Assembly: GCA_000165345.1 (NCBI GenBank)
Contig: CM000434.1
Location: 768,001 to 832,000, forward strand
Length of the DNA stretch: 64,000 nt
Reading direction: 5' to 3'
The stretch's first letter is position 1. The number at the start of each line of letters is the position of its first letter. Positions 8,937 through 20,514 of the stretch are shown here, piece by piece. A program made the position numbers and the translations under genes. Under the pieces are notes generated by a model. The model searched no databases, was not told the DNA's origin, and saw only the letters and a program-made list of their open reading frames with translations.

Positions 8937-11900
8937 CTAATGATACAAATATTTACCATTTGAAATAGATTGATTATTATAATTTTGAAGTAATAATTGA
9001 TTTTCATTCTGGTTATTCTGGTAATAGTGGTTGTAATCTTCTCTATAGTATTCATGAATATCTTTGAAATGCTGTTTATGACCACCAACAATAATATTTA
9101 AGAGCAAAACTGATGTTAGAGAAATAATCAAACACATAACTAACAAAGTTGGGCCAAACTTATCATTATAAGAAATTGGCTCTTTAGTTTCCAAAGCTCT
9201 ATTTCTTTTCAAGTAAATATAATAAGAATAAGCAATAAAGAAAATAGCAACAGGAGCCATAATTAAACCACATATACGACCAACTTGTGTTCCAAAACTA
9301 AGTAAAGAAACGGAAATAGTTGCCAATAAAACTGACATATTCATCCACTGAAGTAATGTTCTCTCATTAGCAAAAAATGTCTTCGGTTCAACTCTAACAG
9401 CAGAAGATACACACTTTTTTTGAATATTATTAATACCATGATTTGCTGATCCTTCTCTACACAGGCAAAAAATTGACCTGAAAGTGCGCGCCAGTGCATG
9501 TGGAAAAGTCTGCTCATGCGCATGTACAATACCGGAATCCACGTCATTGCCAAGAAGTGGCACATGCAGTGTGTGCGGTTGGGATTGTGTGAGTTCGCGT
9601 TTAATTTCATTTTTTTTAATTGGTCGATTTTTAAGTTGATGAATATTTGAAAGAGTATGGGTACTATTTAAAGAAGAAAGGGAATTAGTTTGAATTTCAT
9701 TAGTAAGAATGCTGGCTTCTCTTTGAGCAGTGACTTCTTGATCGTGAAGAATTCTTGCATTTTTTCCAGTATGAAGAACATCAATTTTTAGTAAAGAATT
9801 ATTGAAAGAAGATTTTTCGTGTTCAAAAGATTGAAGTTGTTTGACCCCAATCAATTCCTTGTTTAAAGAAGCAGATCTGTTTAGACTTCGTACAGTTTGG
9901 GGTTCAGAGTTAGTATCTTTGATATTATTTGTAATTTCTTGTTGGCTTTCAGATTCTATAGCCATAAAATTGAACCAATGTGGAACTTGAAGTAAATTAT
10001 TACTGAATAAAAGAGCAGTACAAGTTTCAAGATTTGAAAATCCGTTAACTTCTGAAACAGAAGCAAGACCAAGAATATCTTTAAGTATTTCTCTGGGGTT
10101 AGAATTAGTGCTGGATAAGTTTCCAGAATCTTGGGAGAGACTTACACTTAAGATTCCGTGAGAAACAATTTTCATATTTTCTGATACTAATGCTTCAGTT
10201 TGGGGGCAAACAATGTAAGTATTATATAATATTGAAGGTCTCATATTGAAGATGGAGTTTGTTCCAAGTTCAGTGTTCACAATTTCACAATTGCTTCTAT
10301 TTGTTTCAGAACTCAGTTTCCTTTCACTTTGAGCAGGTAAATTATTCAATGACGAATTGTTTCTTTGGGAATGTTCATCTATTAATAATTCCAAGTCAAT
10401 TTCAGGCATAATCTTTAAGTTATTATCAATATGGACACATATATTTCTTTTTGGATTTGCAAAAGTTGTTCTATGGAACCAAAGATGTGAAAATGGTCCT
10501 AGTTTTCTAAATTGGATAAAATCTATAAAGCAATTAAGCAACATTATTTGGTCTTGTGAAAGGTTTCTTCTGGTTTCATTTAAATATGTATTCAAATCAA
10601 AGTTAAAAGATAGCGATGGATTCTTACTTTCACGTCTGAAATCCCCGTAAGTCTTAAGGATATGAAAAACATCTTTTTGTTGGATCAATAAGGTTTTACT
10701 ACTTACTAAGGCCTTTGATCCTTCAAAAGAAAAAGTTCTTTTTCCTCCTCCTTGACTCACTTGACTAGTATTTGTTGCTTGACTAACAAAGTTATTATTA
10801 TTCTTTGGTTCATGCCACTCAGTATTTGAACAACTTGGTTCCATTGGATGTATCCAATCCAAATTAAGCCATTGGTCTGGACTTCCTTCATTTTCTCCAT
10901 ACCATCTTAATCTAAATGTATAATCCAAGTATTTTTTTGGAACAATCTTCTCATCTGAGTATGCTTGAATCCTTCCAGATGAATTTTCCTCTATTTGATT
11001 CACTTGAGAGTTACAAGAGAATCTGGACCTTATTTCACGAATTCTATGGTATTCACTGAATTCTCTATTATCAAAATACAAATAAGATACTGTTGAGGTT
11101 TGCAATGTTAAAGAAGATACATTTTCTGTTGAAGCTGCCTTTTGAGAATTTGTATTATTATTTATTGGAGAAGATAAACATGGCTTGTTACTCATTCCAT
11201 CCTCTATATTCAATAGACCTATTGAAACTAGAGGAACTATTTTTGCTAATAGTACTTTAACCTTCATTACATCTTCAGCTAAAATAAGATGTTTTGAATG
11301 AAGTTCAAAAGGTGGATGTGTTGATATATCACTTTCTGATGTTTTATCACACTTTAAAGATTCTTCTTTCATCAGAAAAGCACTTTTTAGCGTTTCAATC
11401 TTTGAATAGCAGTTTGAAAGACTTTCAAGAAGTAAGTCCAAATTCATATTCATAAATGATTCTCTTGCAAGTCTTGCGAGATACCAAGAAGAAGAAGTTG
11501 ACTTATTCATCTTATCATATTTTTTGGTAATCTTTCTAAAGCCCGTATAATTCAGTTGTTGGTAACTTTCTAAAAATATTATTTCACCACTTTTACGTTC
11601 AAGTTGTTCAATTAAAGGCGAAATTAAGTCATCCAAAAGTTCTTTACTCATGCCAGATTGAAAAAATGAGCTATCGGAGTCATTTTGGTTATTATTATTA
11701 ACATTACTGGAGTTATTTATTATACCTAAATCTCTGCTAATTTGATCTATATATCCTTGAATTTGTTTAAGAGAATCTTTTATGTCAGTATACATAATAC
11801 TACTAAATGAATTAATCTTATCCAATTCATGGTTTAATAGATCCATAAATCTACTTTCTGCTGGCCTATATATGGATCCTGCTAAAGCTTTAATATTTCC

Positions 11901-12047
11901 AAAGTTATTTGTTACCTCATTAATAGTATAACTTGAAGTATCTGATCCAGTTATAAGCTTTATTGCTTTTTTAAGATCCTTATAAGATAAGTAATGTTGG
12001 ATATACTGTTGATTTACATAATGCTGAAGTTTTTTACTGAATTTCAT
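8937..12047 (-). CDS. VTC4: Vacuolar transporter chaperone 4 / polyphosphate polymerase (SPX domain + VTC tunnel domain + C-terminal DUF202 membrane helices), with low-complexity insertions
   Basis: The N-terminus MKFSKKLQHYV...YLSYKDLKKAIK is a typical SPX start. The central segment (YFDN...FRLRWYGE) resembles the Vtc2/3/4 catalytic tunnel domain. The C-terminus has the VTC/DUF202 motif FFANERTLLQWMNMSV plus 3 hydrophobic helices. The real ATG is at 12047, because the ORF-track start at 12086 is a TTG. Confidence 0.8.
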   Translation of the reverse strand: MKFSKKLQHYVNQQYIQHYLSYKDLKKAIKLITGSDTSSYTINEVTNNFGNIKALAGSIYRPAESRFMDLLNHELDKINSFSSIMYTDIKDSLKQIQGYIDQISRDLGIINNSSNVNNNNQNDSDSSFFQSGMSKELLDDLISPLIEQLERKSGEIIFLESYQQLNYTGFRKITKKYDKMNKSTSSSWYLARLARESFMNMNLDLLLESLSNCYSKIETLKSAFLMKEESLKCDKTSESDISTHPPFELHSKHLILAEDVMKVKVLLAKIVPLVSIGLLNIEDGMSNKPCLSSPINNNTNSQKAASTENVSSLTLQTSTVSYLYFDNREFSEYHRIREIRSRFSCNSQVNQIEENSSGRIQAYSDEKIVPKKYLDYTFRLRWYGENEGSPDQWLNLDWIHPMEPSCSNTEWHEPKNNNNFVSQATNTSQVSQGGGKRTFSFEGSKALVSSKTLLIQQKDVFHILKTYGDFRRESKNPSLSFNFDLNTYLNETRRNLSQDQIMLLNCFIDFIQFRKLGPFSHLWFHRTTFANPKRNICVHIDNNLKIMPEIDLELLIDEHSQRNNSSLNNLPAQSERKLSSETNRSNCEIVNTELGTNSIFNMRPSILYNTYIVCPQTEALVSENMKIVSHGILSVSLSQDSGNLSSTNSNPREILKDILGLASVSEVNGFSNLETCTALLFSNNLLQVPHWFNFMAIESESQQEITNNIKDTNSEPQTVRSLNRSASLNKELIGVKQLQSFEHEKSSFNNSLLKIDVLHTGKNARILHDQEVTAQREASILTNEIQTNSLSSLNSTHTLSNIHQLKNRPIKKNEIKRELTQSQPHTLHVPLLGNDVDSGIVHAHEQTFPHALARTFRSIFCLCREGSANHGINNIQKKCVSSAVRVEPKTFFANERTLLQWMNMSVLLATISVSLLSFGTQVGRICGLIMAPVAIFFIAYSYYIYLKRNRALETKEPISYNDKFGPTLLVMCLIISLTSVLLLNIIVGGHKQHFKDIHEYYREDYNHYYQNNQNENQLLLQNYNNQSISNGKYLYH

Positions 12048-12347
12048 AACTATTAAAACAATCAACCAAGTCAATATTAAAGCCAAAGTACCATTTAAAT
12101 AATTTCTTATTATAAATGGTTTATTGCTAGCAACAATTATATTTCTATCACTATTGATATTTTTGTTGCTGATTTAATTCTATTATTAATGAATATTTCA
12201 ATTAAATAATAACAAGTATTAAATATGTTTGAGAAATTCATCAACTAGTCAGAATCACCCCCATATGTAGAAAGATCCAATATCGACGAGCGAACTTAAA
12301 AGCTGGGCAAGATAATCCCCTCTCCCTCTTTTTCTCACCCCCCCCCC

Positions 12348-12361
12348 CCCCAACTTTCTCC
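12348..12361. repeat. Poly(C)14 homopolymer between the RPL32 3' end and the VTC4 5' end
   Basis: tctcacccccccccccccaac. This is a very unusual run in a roughly 30% GC genome, and such a run is prone to length errors and polymorphism. Confidence 0.8.
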
Positions 12362-12528
12362 AAATGGAACTGGATCCCTATTTAACCCCTCCAGAAAATC
12401 CTGCATCCCTCGACAAGAAAAAAGAGCAAATTGAAAAAAAACATGCAAATGAAAAAAAAAATAAGATTCAAGCAAAACTGCTGCTATAATTGAAAGATTA
12501 AAGGTAACCTAAGCTAAGGGAATTTCAA

Positions 12529-12942
12529 TTATTCGTCCTCCTCAATTGCGAGTCTGGCATTCTTGTTCAAAACCTTTAAGTTCAACTGCTCAGCTCTCTC
12601 CAAAATCTCTCTTCTCTTACGACTACTTACTCCAGATGCAATCTCAACACAGAAAGTCTTGTTATGCATTAAAAGCATATGAACTTCCTGGGGATTTGAT
12701 ACAGTGAATTTATACAAACCATTTGGAAGCATCTTACGTGTCTTGGCATCACTACCATAACCAATCTTTGGCATTAAATAATTACCCTTGAATTTTCTAC
12801 GTACACGACAATCAATACCTTTTGGTTTTCTCCAGTTTGGCTTGACTCTTAAGAAGCGATCAGATTGGAATCTGGTGAACTTTTTTGTTCTCTTCTTAAT
12901 GATTGCCTTTTTTGGCTTATTCTTAAAGCTTACGATGGACAT
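12529..12942 (-). CDS. RPL32: 60S ribosomal protein L32e
   Basis: [38 protein letters not shown]...MPKIGYGS...MLPNG is near-identical in pattern to eukaryotic RPL32. Single exon, 137 aa. Confidence 0.9.
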   Translation of the reverse strand: MSIVSFKNKPKKAIIKKRTKKFTRFQSDRFLRVKPNWRKPKGIDCRVRRKFKGNYLMPKIGYGSDAKTRKMLPNGLYKFTVSNPQEVHMLLMHNKTFCVEIASGVSSRKRREILERAEQLNLKVLNKNARLAIEEDE

Positions 12943-13856
12943 CCTCTTAATTTAAAAAGAAATTAGACCTGTGAAATCTTCTATAACAGAAATAGCAAGT
13001 TAGTATTTTTTTTTTTTCTGAGTGGAAAAAAAAATCAATTAACTTGTTTCTAAATTAATCCAAACTTTCTCCTTCAAACAAAGTTTCTGTTTTTCTTATT
13101 TATATTTAATAGAAAACAGAAAATAATTAACCGGTCTTTTTTTCAACCTTATATAATACTTTACTTATATTAAGTTAATATAATAATTAATTAATATTTA
13201 ATTTGAGACAAAACATTTAGTAGACTATTTATTTCAATGAGACAGTATTAATAAATTATTTTTTTTAATTAAAAAAATTAATTATTTGTTTATATATTAA
13301 AACTTTTCTCTATTTATTAATTCCTTTCATTAAATTGTCTCTATTATTACTATTAATACCGGTTCGGTACCCCAATTATGGCGCCACAATGTTCCCGCCA
13401 CATCGTGTGCTACATTATTTAAGAAGAAAATAATGGAAAAAAAAGGAGAAAAAAGGAAATGGAAAGAGAATAACAGAGCAAAATCAGAAATAATTATGTT
13501 TATATTAGGAGATGATTAATTTGATTTCTAGAATGGAAATAATTTGTTGTTTGTGCTTTGTATCGAATATAAGAGGGGAGAGGTGCATTGCATGCATTTT
13601 GAGATCTTGAAAAATAATTTATTTGAACAAATTATTTTTCATTATTGTTTTTTTTCTTTTCTTTCTCTTTTATTGTAGAATTTGGAAAAAAAGTAATTAG
13701 TAAGTTCATATATCTTTTAAAATATAGTATTTTTGGGATTATCTGTACTATTCTTTTAAAATAAGGAAAGAATATATTGTAGCAGGAGTAATCCTGGAAT
13801 GGTTTGTATTATTTCTATTGAGATGTTTGGGATTAAGTTTGGAGGAAATAAAAGTA

Positions 13857-15029
13857 ATGGAAGATTGGCTTCCTGAGTGGGTAAAAATAGGAAACTATGA
13901 ATTGAGAGAAATATATATACCAAAGAGTAAAAAAGAGTTGGGAATATGCCAATATAATATATTAACTTCCGGTAATAAGTTGAAAAAAGATCACGAATGG
14001 TTTTTAGAGAATCGAATTGAGTATTCAAGAAAGAATGGGTATTGTTATTTTCATTTGGATTTAAGTTTTGGTGAGGTTAGAAATCCTCATTATTGGAGAT
14101 ATATTGGAATAATTAAGTTATATAAAAAAGTTCAAGGCTTACTTTCTGATCATAAAGAGCATAATTATTTGGTACTATATATGGATTCCGATACCATGTT
14201 TTCAAGATTTTCTGTAAGAATTGAGGATTTTCATGAAAAGATGAAAGATTCATTTCTATATCTATCAGTGGATGATAATTGTGAATTACAGCATTATTTA
14301 TTAAATGTTGGAGTCTTATTAATGTCTTTAAGAAGATTAGAGACATTAATATTTTGTATTCAAGTACTGGCTTTACAGAAGACTCAGTCTATACTATCTT
14401 ATTCATCAGAATGGAGTAGATCGGGTTTGAATGATCAAAACATTGTTATTTCTGTTTTAAATGATACAGGAAGGTTGGATATTGAGAATATACAAAGTTA
14501 TTGTTTGAGGAAGAAGAATTCATCTTGGTTGGATAATGAAGATCAGTGGATTAATTTGAACTATTCAAAGCAAAACAAAGGAGTAGTGGTTGTTCCCAGT
14601 TTATATTTGAACCAAATTATAAGGATGGATTATATAATGAAATCAAGCGAGTTAAAAACCAATCTTTGGTTAGAAAGGTCATGGATTATTCATTTTAGTG
14701 GATCTAATAGACTAGAACAATGCTTTATGATACAAAAACTTTGTTTAGATAGGATTAGAAAGTTCAAAACAAAGTATAATCATTATTTTAAGGAATGTCC
14801 AGAGAAAATGGAAGAATTGATGACCAAAAATGAACTTAAAAAGATTGAAACTCTATTTTCATTGAAGATGGATTCAAGTTTAGATCCTAATAACTATATT
14901 GGACAAAATTATTTGGTATGGATTAAAGATCTCGAACAGATAGATCTTGGAATAAGAAACTTAAGTAACAGATACTCCATTCTAATTAAAAGGTATGTTT
15001 TAATAAGAATAATAGAAAGGAAGTCTTGA
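13857..15029 (+). CDS. Putative GT34-family glycosyltransferase (Mnn10/Mnn11/xylosyl- or galactosyl-transferase-like). The gene may continue through two further exons to about 15457.
   Basis: The motif ...WRYIGIIKLYKK...HNYLVLYMDSDTMF matches the GT34 signature (K..L..wLWwMDSDalf, DxD). The first in-frame ATG is at 13857, because the track start at 13818 is a TTG. See the findings for the candidate extension and the missing N-terminus. Confidence 0.5.
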   Translation: MEDWLPEWVKIGNYELREIYIPKSKKELGICQYNILTSGNKLKKDHEWFLENRIEYSRKNGYCYFHLDLSFGEVRNPHYWRYIGIIKLYKKVQGLLSDHKEHNYLVLYMDSDTMFSRFSVRIEDFHEKMKDSFLYLSVDDNCELQHYLLNVGVLLMSLRRLETLIFCIQVLALQKTQSILSYSSEWSRSGLNDQNIVISVLNDTGRLDIENIQSYCLRKKNSSWLDNEDQWINLNYSKQNKGVVVVPSLYLNQIIRMDYIMKSSELKTNLWLERSWIIHFSGSNRLEQCFMIQKLCLDRIRKFKTKYNHYFKECPEKMEELMTKNELKKIETLFSLKMDSSLDPNNYIGQNYLVWIKDLEQIDLGIRNLSNRYSILIKRYVLIRIIERKS

Positions 15030-15608
15030 GAAAATTGAATATTAACTTTAATCTTTAATTACTATAAATTTTGCTATTTTAATATTGTGATTTCATTATT
15101 TTAGAATAATTAAGCTTCTAAAACTAAGTAGAACCAGACAATTCACTCAAAAATCAAAAAGAGAACTAGTAGGAGCAGTTCTACAATTCTTAGAGAATTC
15201 AAACAAATTTGGATTAATTTTTGAGAAACTATATCTCACAGGAATAGTAAGTTTATATAAAATCTTTTCTCTATTTTCCTCATTTTTCCAATTTATTTAA
15301 TTTTTCTTTTTATTCCCTCTTTCAGTCAAACAGAAGAACAATAAAGTATGAAGCAAAAAATGCTATTGAATTCTCTAATATATTCAACTTCTTTTCTCTA
15401 CTAAACAAATGCCCTAATAATTTTGAATATGAAAAAAAATTTACCTCAAAATTTTGAATCACGTTACCTTTTAAGATCACATAAAAATATCCGATACCTG
15501 CAGAATGCATGCATGCAACTGTGCATGCATGTGACCGGTAATGACATGAGAAAAAAATTTGAAGAAATATGGAAAAAAATTAAATAAATTTTATGTATTT
15601 TTTTTATT

Positions 15609-16681
15609 CTAGCAGCAAAATAAGTTTTTGAGGTTTATAATGATTCTTTCTACACAATTAACAAGTTGATGATTATCAAAAATGATGGCAGAGTTTTCAA
15701 GTATTGAATGAGGTATATAGTCGTCTTGTAGGCCTAAGGAGATAGTTCTAATTCTTCCAGCTCCTCTTTGGTTTTCTGGAGAATTTAGTTGATAAGATTC
15801 AGCTCCATAATTGTTTGTAAGTTCTTTGACTCTTTGTTCAAGTCTAAAACATCTTACTCTAAGCCCATCATTTTCTAATCTAAATTTCTCCACTAAAGTG
15901 GAAGTTTCATTAGCTATACTTTTTAAATTATCTTTTTCAAATTTTATCCTTTTTAATGATTCTATAATATCTTTAGATTGTTTATATTCTTCTTTTAAGC
16001 TTTGAATATGAGATTCTCTGAAGTTTTTTTTTCAATAAAGAAAATAAAACAAAATAAGATCAAGTCAAATTCTTAAATAGTGGCTAAATATTGTTTAAGT
16101 TTAACTTACAGAATTGATATATTGTTACTCTGTTGACTTATTTGAGATCTTAAATTTGAGTTCTCCACTTCCAATTGTCTGTTTTTCTGATTCCATTTTT
16201 GGATTCCAACTAGTTTCATTTTAAAAAAATATATATTTTTCATTCATTTCATAAAACTAAACTTACCTTGACTTTCAAATAGAAGATTCTGTATATTCTC
16301 GGTACCCTCAATTTCACAAATTGATTTCCATAAACCTTGAAATGATATAATTTCTTCTAAAGCTATAATAAATTGTTTACACTTTGAAATGATTTGAAAT
16401 TGCTCCTCTAAGCCTTTTTTTAAATTCAAATTTATTTGATCCTTCACATCTAACTCTTCCTGAAGTATATTATTTGTCTCAAGATATAATTTAGATATAC
16501 ACTCTTCACATATTAATTTATCGTATATTTTATATTCAACTGTATTACTTATGTTGCAATTTGAACATTTAACTCTTCCACACAAAGTGCAACAAATTTT
16601 ATGAAACTCATCTAAATTCATACATTCTTCACATATTTCAGTATCTTTCATTAATTCTCTACTTTCAATATTCCTATTCAA
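15609..16681 (-). CDS. Hypothetical Cys-rich zinc-finger + coiled-coil protein, 3 exons: 16681-16267, 16209-16110 and 16017-15609
   Basis: Exon 1 has eight Cys in CxxC pairs (CEEC...CTLC...CSNC...CEEC). A GTAAGT donor (revcomp at 16266-16261) and a CTAG acceptor give a 100-nt open middle exon. A second GTAAGT donor (16109) and CTTCAG acceptor (16018) join in frame to ORF 15609-15893. Phases are consistent across both junctions (1 then 2). Confidence 0.55.
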
Positions 16682-17223
16682 ATATAAAATGCATGAAATT
16701 CTTTTTTTACTATGATCTTTTTCTTTTTTCCACTTACTCTGGTGAGTTTTCTCTAATTTCTCTTTCTATTGGTCCTGGACTCCAACTCATTTCTCTTTTT
16801 TTACTTTTTTTTTCTTTTATTTTTCCTTTGAATCTTTAATATTCAATTTTTTTAAGTTATTGCATTTTTATGCATATTCACCCATTCCCCCCTTTATTGT
16901 CCTCTATACCGGTGTTTACCGTTATTTTTTTTTGTGGACAAAAAAAGTGAGCGGGAAACATCGAACGCCGGTATATAAATATTAAAGCATTAAAAAAAAA
17001 AATATTTTGATTAGTCATTTTTGACAGGAAGAACTTTGTATATTTTTTTTTTCCTCAAAAGTTTTAAATTGAGGAAAATATAAATTTATATTCAAAGTAC
17101 AAAGAAGCCTGTACTCTGATACCATAGGATATAGTCGAAGCAATAAACATTACATTAATAAAGGAGTGAGGAGGGTTTAGAAAATTACAAAATTACTACA
17201 CAATTTAAGCAAGTCAGAAGGCA

Positions 17224-18618
17224 ATGGATAACACAATGATGGAGGATAAAGGGGATTCACAAGTGGAGGTTTTCTTTTGGACGAAGATTAAAGATCCAAG
17301 ACTTCAGGCTCCTGAAGGATCCTTTATGATAGATTCAAAATCTGGAAGAGCGGAACTTTCAGAATTATTAAATACCTTATTAGAAACAGAAAACAGGATT
17401 GCTTTTGATTTTATTATAGATGAAGTGTTTTTGAGAGGTACTATTTATGATTATATGAGACAGAATGAGAAAACAAGTGAATCAAAACTTAAAATAGAGT
17501 ATCTTAAAACCCTTGGAAAACCATCAATAAAGATTTTAGATAAGCAAAAGGATTGGATTAGGAGCATCACATATGGAATAGAGACAGATAATCCCATGGT
17601 AGTAGCAGGATTCTACGATGGAAGGATTAGATTTTATGATACAATTTCACATAAAAAAGATAAGAAAGTCAAATTGGACGAAGATGATAATATTAGAGAC
17701 AATAAAAGTCAAACATTTGAATTTAATGTCAATGAATTATTACCAGAAGGAGATTCTACTTCTGTTTTTAGAGTCCAATCTCAACAACTAAATGATTCCG
17801 AGTTTTCCAAAGTTTGGGCCTCAACAATGAGCGGTTCCATTATAGGTTTAAGCTATTCAGCAAAGAGACAAGAATGCATTTTGAAAAGTGTTAAACTCAA
17901 AGCCAGTATTGCTCCTATTGAAGCTCTTTGTACTGTAAAAGGATGCGATTCAATAATATCAGCAGGAGATGCAAATGGTAATGTTTTAGTATTTTGTAAG
18001 GAGTCCACAGATAATGGTACTTTAAATAATATAGAAAATACAAACAGCTTAAATTGTACTGCTAAGATAAAAATCCATTCTTCTAACGTTACAGATATAC
18101 TATCTTTGGGAGATAATTTGATTTCCTCAAGTTTGGATGGTAATATTAAGGTGTCTAAAGTTTCATTAGGAGAAGCTGTTTGCGGGTGGAATATTAAATT
18201 TCCAACATTCTCTTTATCTACTCAAAATTCCATGGTAGGAAATGTAATTTGTACTTCTCATGATGATGGTAAAGTTAGGATTTGGGATTTAAGGGCAGGA
18301 GCAACCAGCCAAATAGACCTTAAAGCAAAAAAAGATATGGGTTTAGTATCTTTTGATAGAAATACTCGTTTTGTCCATAGGAGCAGACTTCTTGCTCATA
18401 AGGAAGTTGTTCCACAAGCTGTTTGGAGTCCATATAGTGAATATATGATAGGGTCAGTTTCACATGACATGGATTTGAAAATCCTGGATATAAGGTCACC
18501 AAATTTACCACTTCAAGCAGCAAAAACTGACTCAAAATTACTTAGCCTCTGTTGGATGAATGAGCATACCATTTATACAGGAGGCTCAACAGGAGAACTT
18601 ATAGTTTGTTCATTTTAG
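17224..18618 (+). CDS. YTM1: Ribosome biogenesis protein WDR12/Ytm1 (N-terminal ubiquitin-like (UBL) domain + WD40 propeller)
   Basis: The N-terminus (VEVFFWTK..., FDFIIDEVFLRGTIYDYM..., KIEYLKT) aligns with the WDR12 NLE/UBL domain (FDFLIKGQFLR...EIEYVEK). WD repeats follow. Confidence 0.7.
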   Translation: MDNTMMEDKGDSQVEVFFWTKIKDPRLQAPEGSFMIDSKSGRAELSELLNTLLETENRIAFDFIIDEVFLRGTIYDYMRQNEKTSESKLKIEYLKTLGKPSIKILDKQKDWIRSITYGIETDNPMVVAGFYDGRIRFYDTISHKKDKKVKLDEDDNIRDNKSQTFEFNVNELLPEGDSTSVFRVQSQQLNDSEFSKVWASTMSGSIIGLSYSAKRQECILKSVKLKASIAPIEALCTVKGCDSIISAGDANGNVLVFCKESTDNGTLNNIENTNSLNCTAKIKIHSSNVTDILSLGDNLISSSLDGNIKVSKVSLGEAVCGWNIKFPTFSLSTQNSMVGNVICTSHDDGKVRIWDLRAGATSQIDLKAKKDMGLVSFDRNTRFVHRSRLLAHKEVVPQAVWSPYSEYMIGSVSHDMDLKILDIRSPNLPLQAAKTDSKLLSLCWMNEHTIYTGGSTGELIVCSF

Positions 18619-18893
18619 ACATTATAGTTAAGTCTTTGTTCTAAAACTTACAGTTAGAATACCAATAATATATATTTGATTGATTTTTAGATAATTCAAA
18701 ATAAGAATTTCGATTTAATCTATTCCAATGTAATAGTTTTCCGCTGATTGGCATTCTTTGATTTATGATATAATTTTCCTATTAATAGCTTTTATTAGCA
18801 AAAGTTAATAGGGAATAATATTTTAATAATAGAAAAGGAATGACTCAGCATTTTTTTAAAATTTTTTAGATACTTGTAATACCTTTTCTTCAT

Positions 18894-20183
18894 TTAAATA
18901 AATTCATCCAAGTCATCCTCAACCACAGCATAATCTTGGAAGTCTACTTTGTATCTCAAAATACCACCAAAGCCACCAAATCCTTTTTGGAATTGATTTC
19001 CTTCTTGAGACTTATTTGTAACAAATTCCAATTGAGCTCCGTAATTTTGATATGTATTTACAAGCCATTCAGTCAAAGGAAGTATTTCAATAACATCAAG
19101 TTCTGCTCCAGTTTCTGGATCCTTGAATTTGGATTCATCATGCTGTTCAGTTGGGCTATTTAAGAATACTTTTTCTTCGCCAGTAGATGGGTTCTTAACA
19201 ACCATCCTTTTAGTTTCTAAGTTTTCCCATACAATCAACAATTCAATTGCACCCATTTCTAAAGCTTGAAGGGTTTCATTAATTCCGTAAACATACTTTC
19301 CAGTATCCTGTGCAACTTCATCAAAGAATTTAGTGATGAGTTTCTTCTCCTGAACAAATTTAACATTTTGAAGCGCATCAGAAGATAGCTCAATGGCTTG
19401 ATTAAAACCATTATCACCTCCATATGAAACATCAACAATCTTTAGGATCTTGCTTGCTAGTCTTTGATCAAAAATATCACTTTGAGCTAGCTCATTTTTA
19501 AAATCAGCACTTCCTGCTAATATCAAAGCCGCAACATTAACTTGGTCGTTAGTAATAAACATAGTAGTTGCAGTTTCAGCAACTTTTCTCAAATAATTGT
19601 GACGCTTTTCCATTCTCAGACGAGCAAAACGTAAAGCTGATTGACCACCACGACCGTGCTTTTTTGGTAAATCCACATTAAATCTAAGCAAGACTTCTCT
19701 CGAACTACCTTGCACAACACCATACAAGGCACCATTACCATCAACAATAATAAATCCAAATTTATCATCAGTCTCCAGTAACTCTTTAAGAGCATCAACA
19801 TGGAACTTATTATCACATAAATAAAGAGACGTATTAATAGGTTTAAATGGCTCAAAGTCAATATTTACTTTCTTTTCCTTCCCATCTTCAGTAATTAAAG
19901 TTCCACAATAAACTACTAATCCATTTTGAGGAGTTCTATTATATAATTTTAGACGTTGTTGAGTACTTGTAATTGCTGATAAAACCGAAAGTCTATTTAC
20001 TCTACTCTTAATATTAGAAGCTGTACCATACTCATCAGCAAGCATTTTTGAAATTCTGGATATTTCATCCTTTGGTTTAATAACCAAAGAAATCATAGAA
20101 GTACCATTTCCTCTAGCAGCTTCCAGTGTCGCTATTAGTCTTCTGACTTTCCACTGTTTAACGTTTGTATCGTTATCACTCAT
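18894..20183 (-). CDS. ERF1: Eukaryotic peptide chain release factor subunit 1 (eRF1)
   Basis: NIKS stop-codon recognition motif ([14 protein letters not shown]), GGQ peptidyl-hydrolysis motif ([15 protein letters not shown]), and eRF1 domain 3. Single exon. Confidence 0.92.
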   Translation of the reverse strand: MSDNDTNVKQWKVRRLIATLEAARGNGTSMISLVIKPKDEISRISKMLADEYGTASNIKSRVNRLSVLSAITSTQQRLKLYNRTPQNGLVVYCGTLITEDGKEKKVNIDFEPFKPINTSLYLCDNKFHVDALKELLETDDKFGFIIVDGNGALYGVVQGSSREVLLRFNVDLPKKHGRGGQSALRFARLRMEKRHNYLRKVAETATTMFITNDQVNVAALILAGSADFKNELAQSDIFDQRLASKILKIVDVSYGGDNGFNQAIELSSDALQNVKFVQEKKLITKFFDEVAQDTGKYVYGINETLQALEMGAIELLIVWENLETKRMVVKNPSTGEEKVFLNSPTEQHDESKFKDPETGAELDVIEILPLTEWLVNTYQNYGAQLEFVTNKSQEGNQFQKGFGGFGGILRYKVDFQDYAVVEDDLDEFI

Positions 20184-20514
20184 TTCTTGTCTTCAATTTA
20201 ATACTTTTCTATCTTGTTTCCTTTGGCAATATTTTCACCTCTATTTCATAATATTCTCAATATTTTCTCAAAACTACAATTGGAAAATACTGGTTGAGTA
20301 AATTCTTGGAACTTTTTGGTATTTTTTCAAAACCAATAAATTACTCTTTATTTCAAACTTTTCGACAAAAAAGCAACGCTTGGCGCGTAGTCTCTCTTAA
20401 TTATTACCTCCATTGCTCAGCCATTAACTTTTTCTTTAGGAAAATTAAAAAAAATTTAAAAACCAAAAAACTCCACCTGTCAATTCTCAAATCCATCAAA
20501 TTAAAGCATTACAT

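Noticed and set aside
13699-13727. GTAAGT at 13700 as the donor of a 5' exon for the glycosyltransferase gene
   Set aside because: The only acceptor in phase is 28 nt away, which is too short for an intron. Upstream frames hit stops before any ATG. The missing-N-terminus issue is kept as a finding, but this particular intron is not supported.
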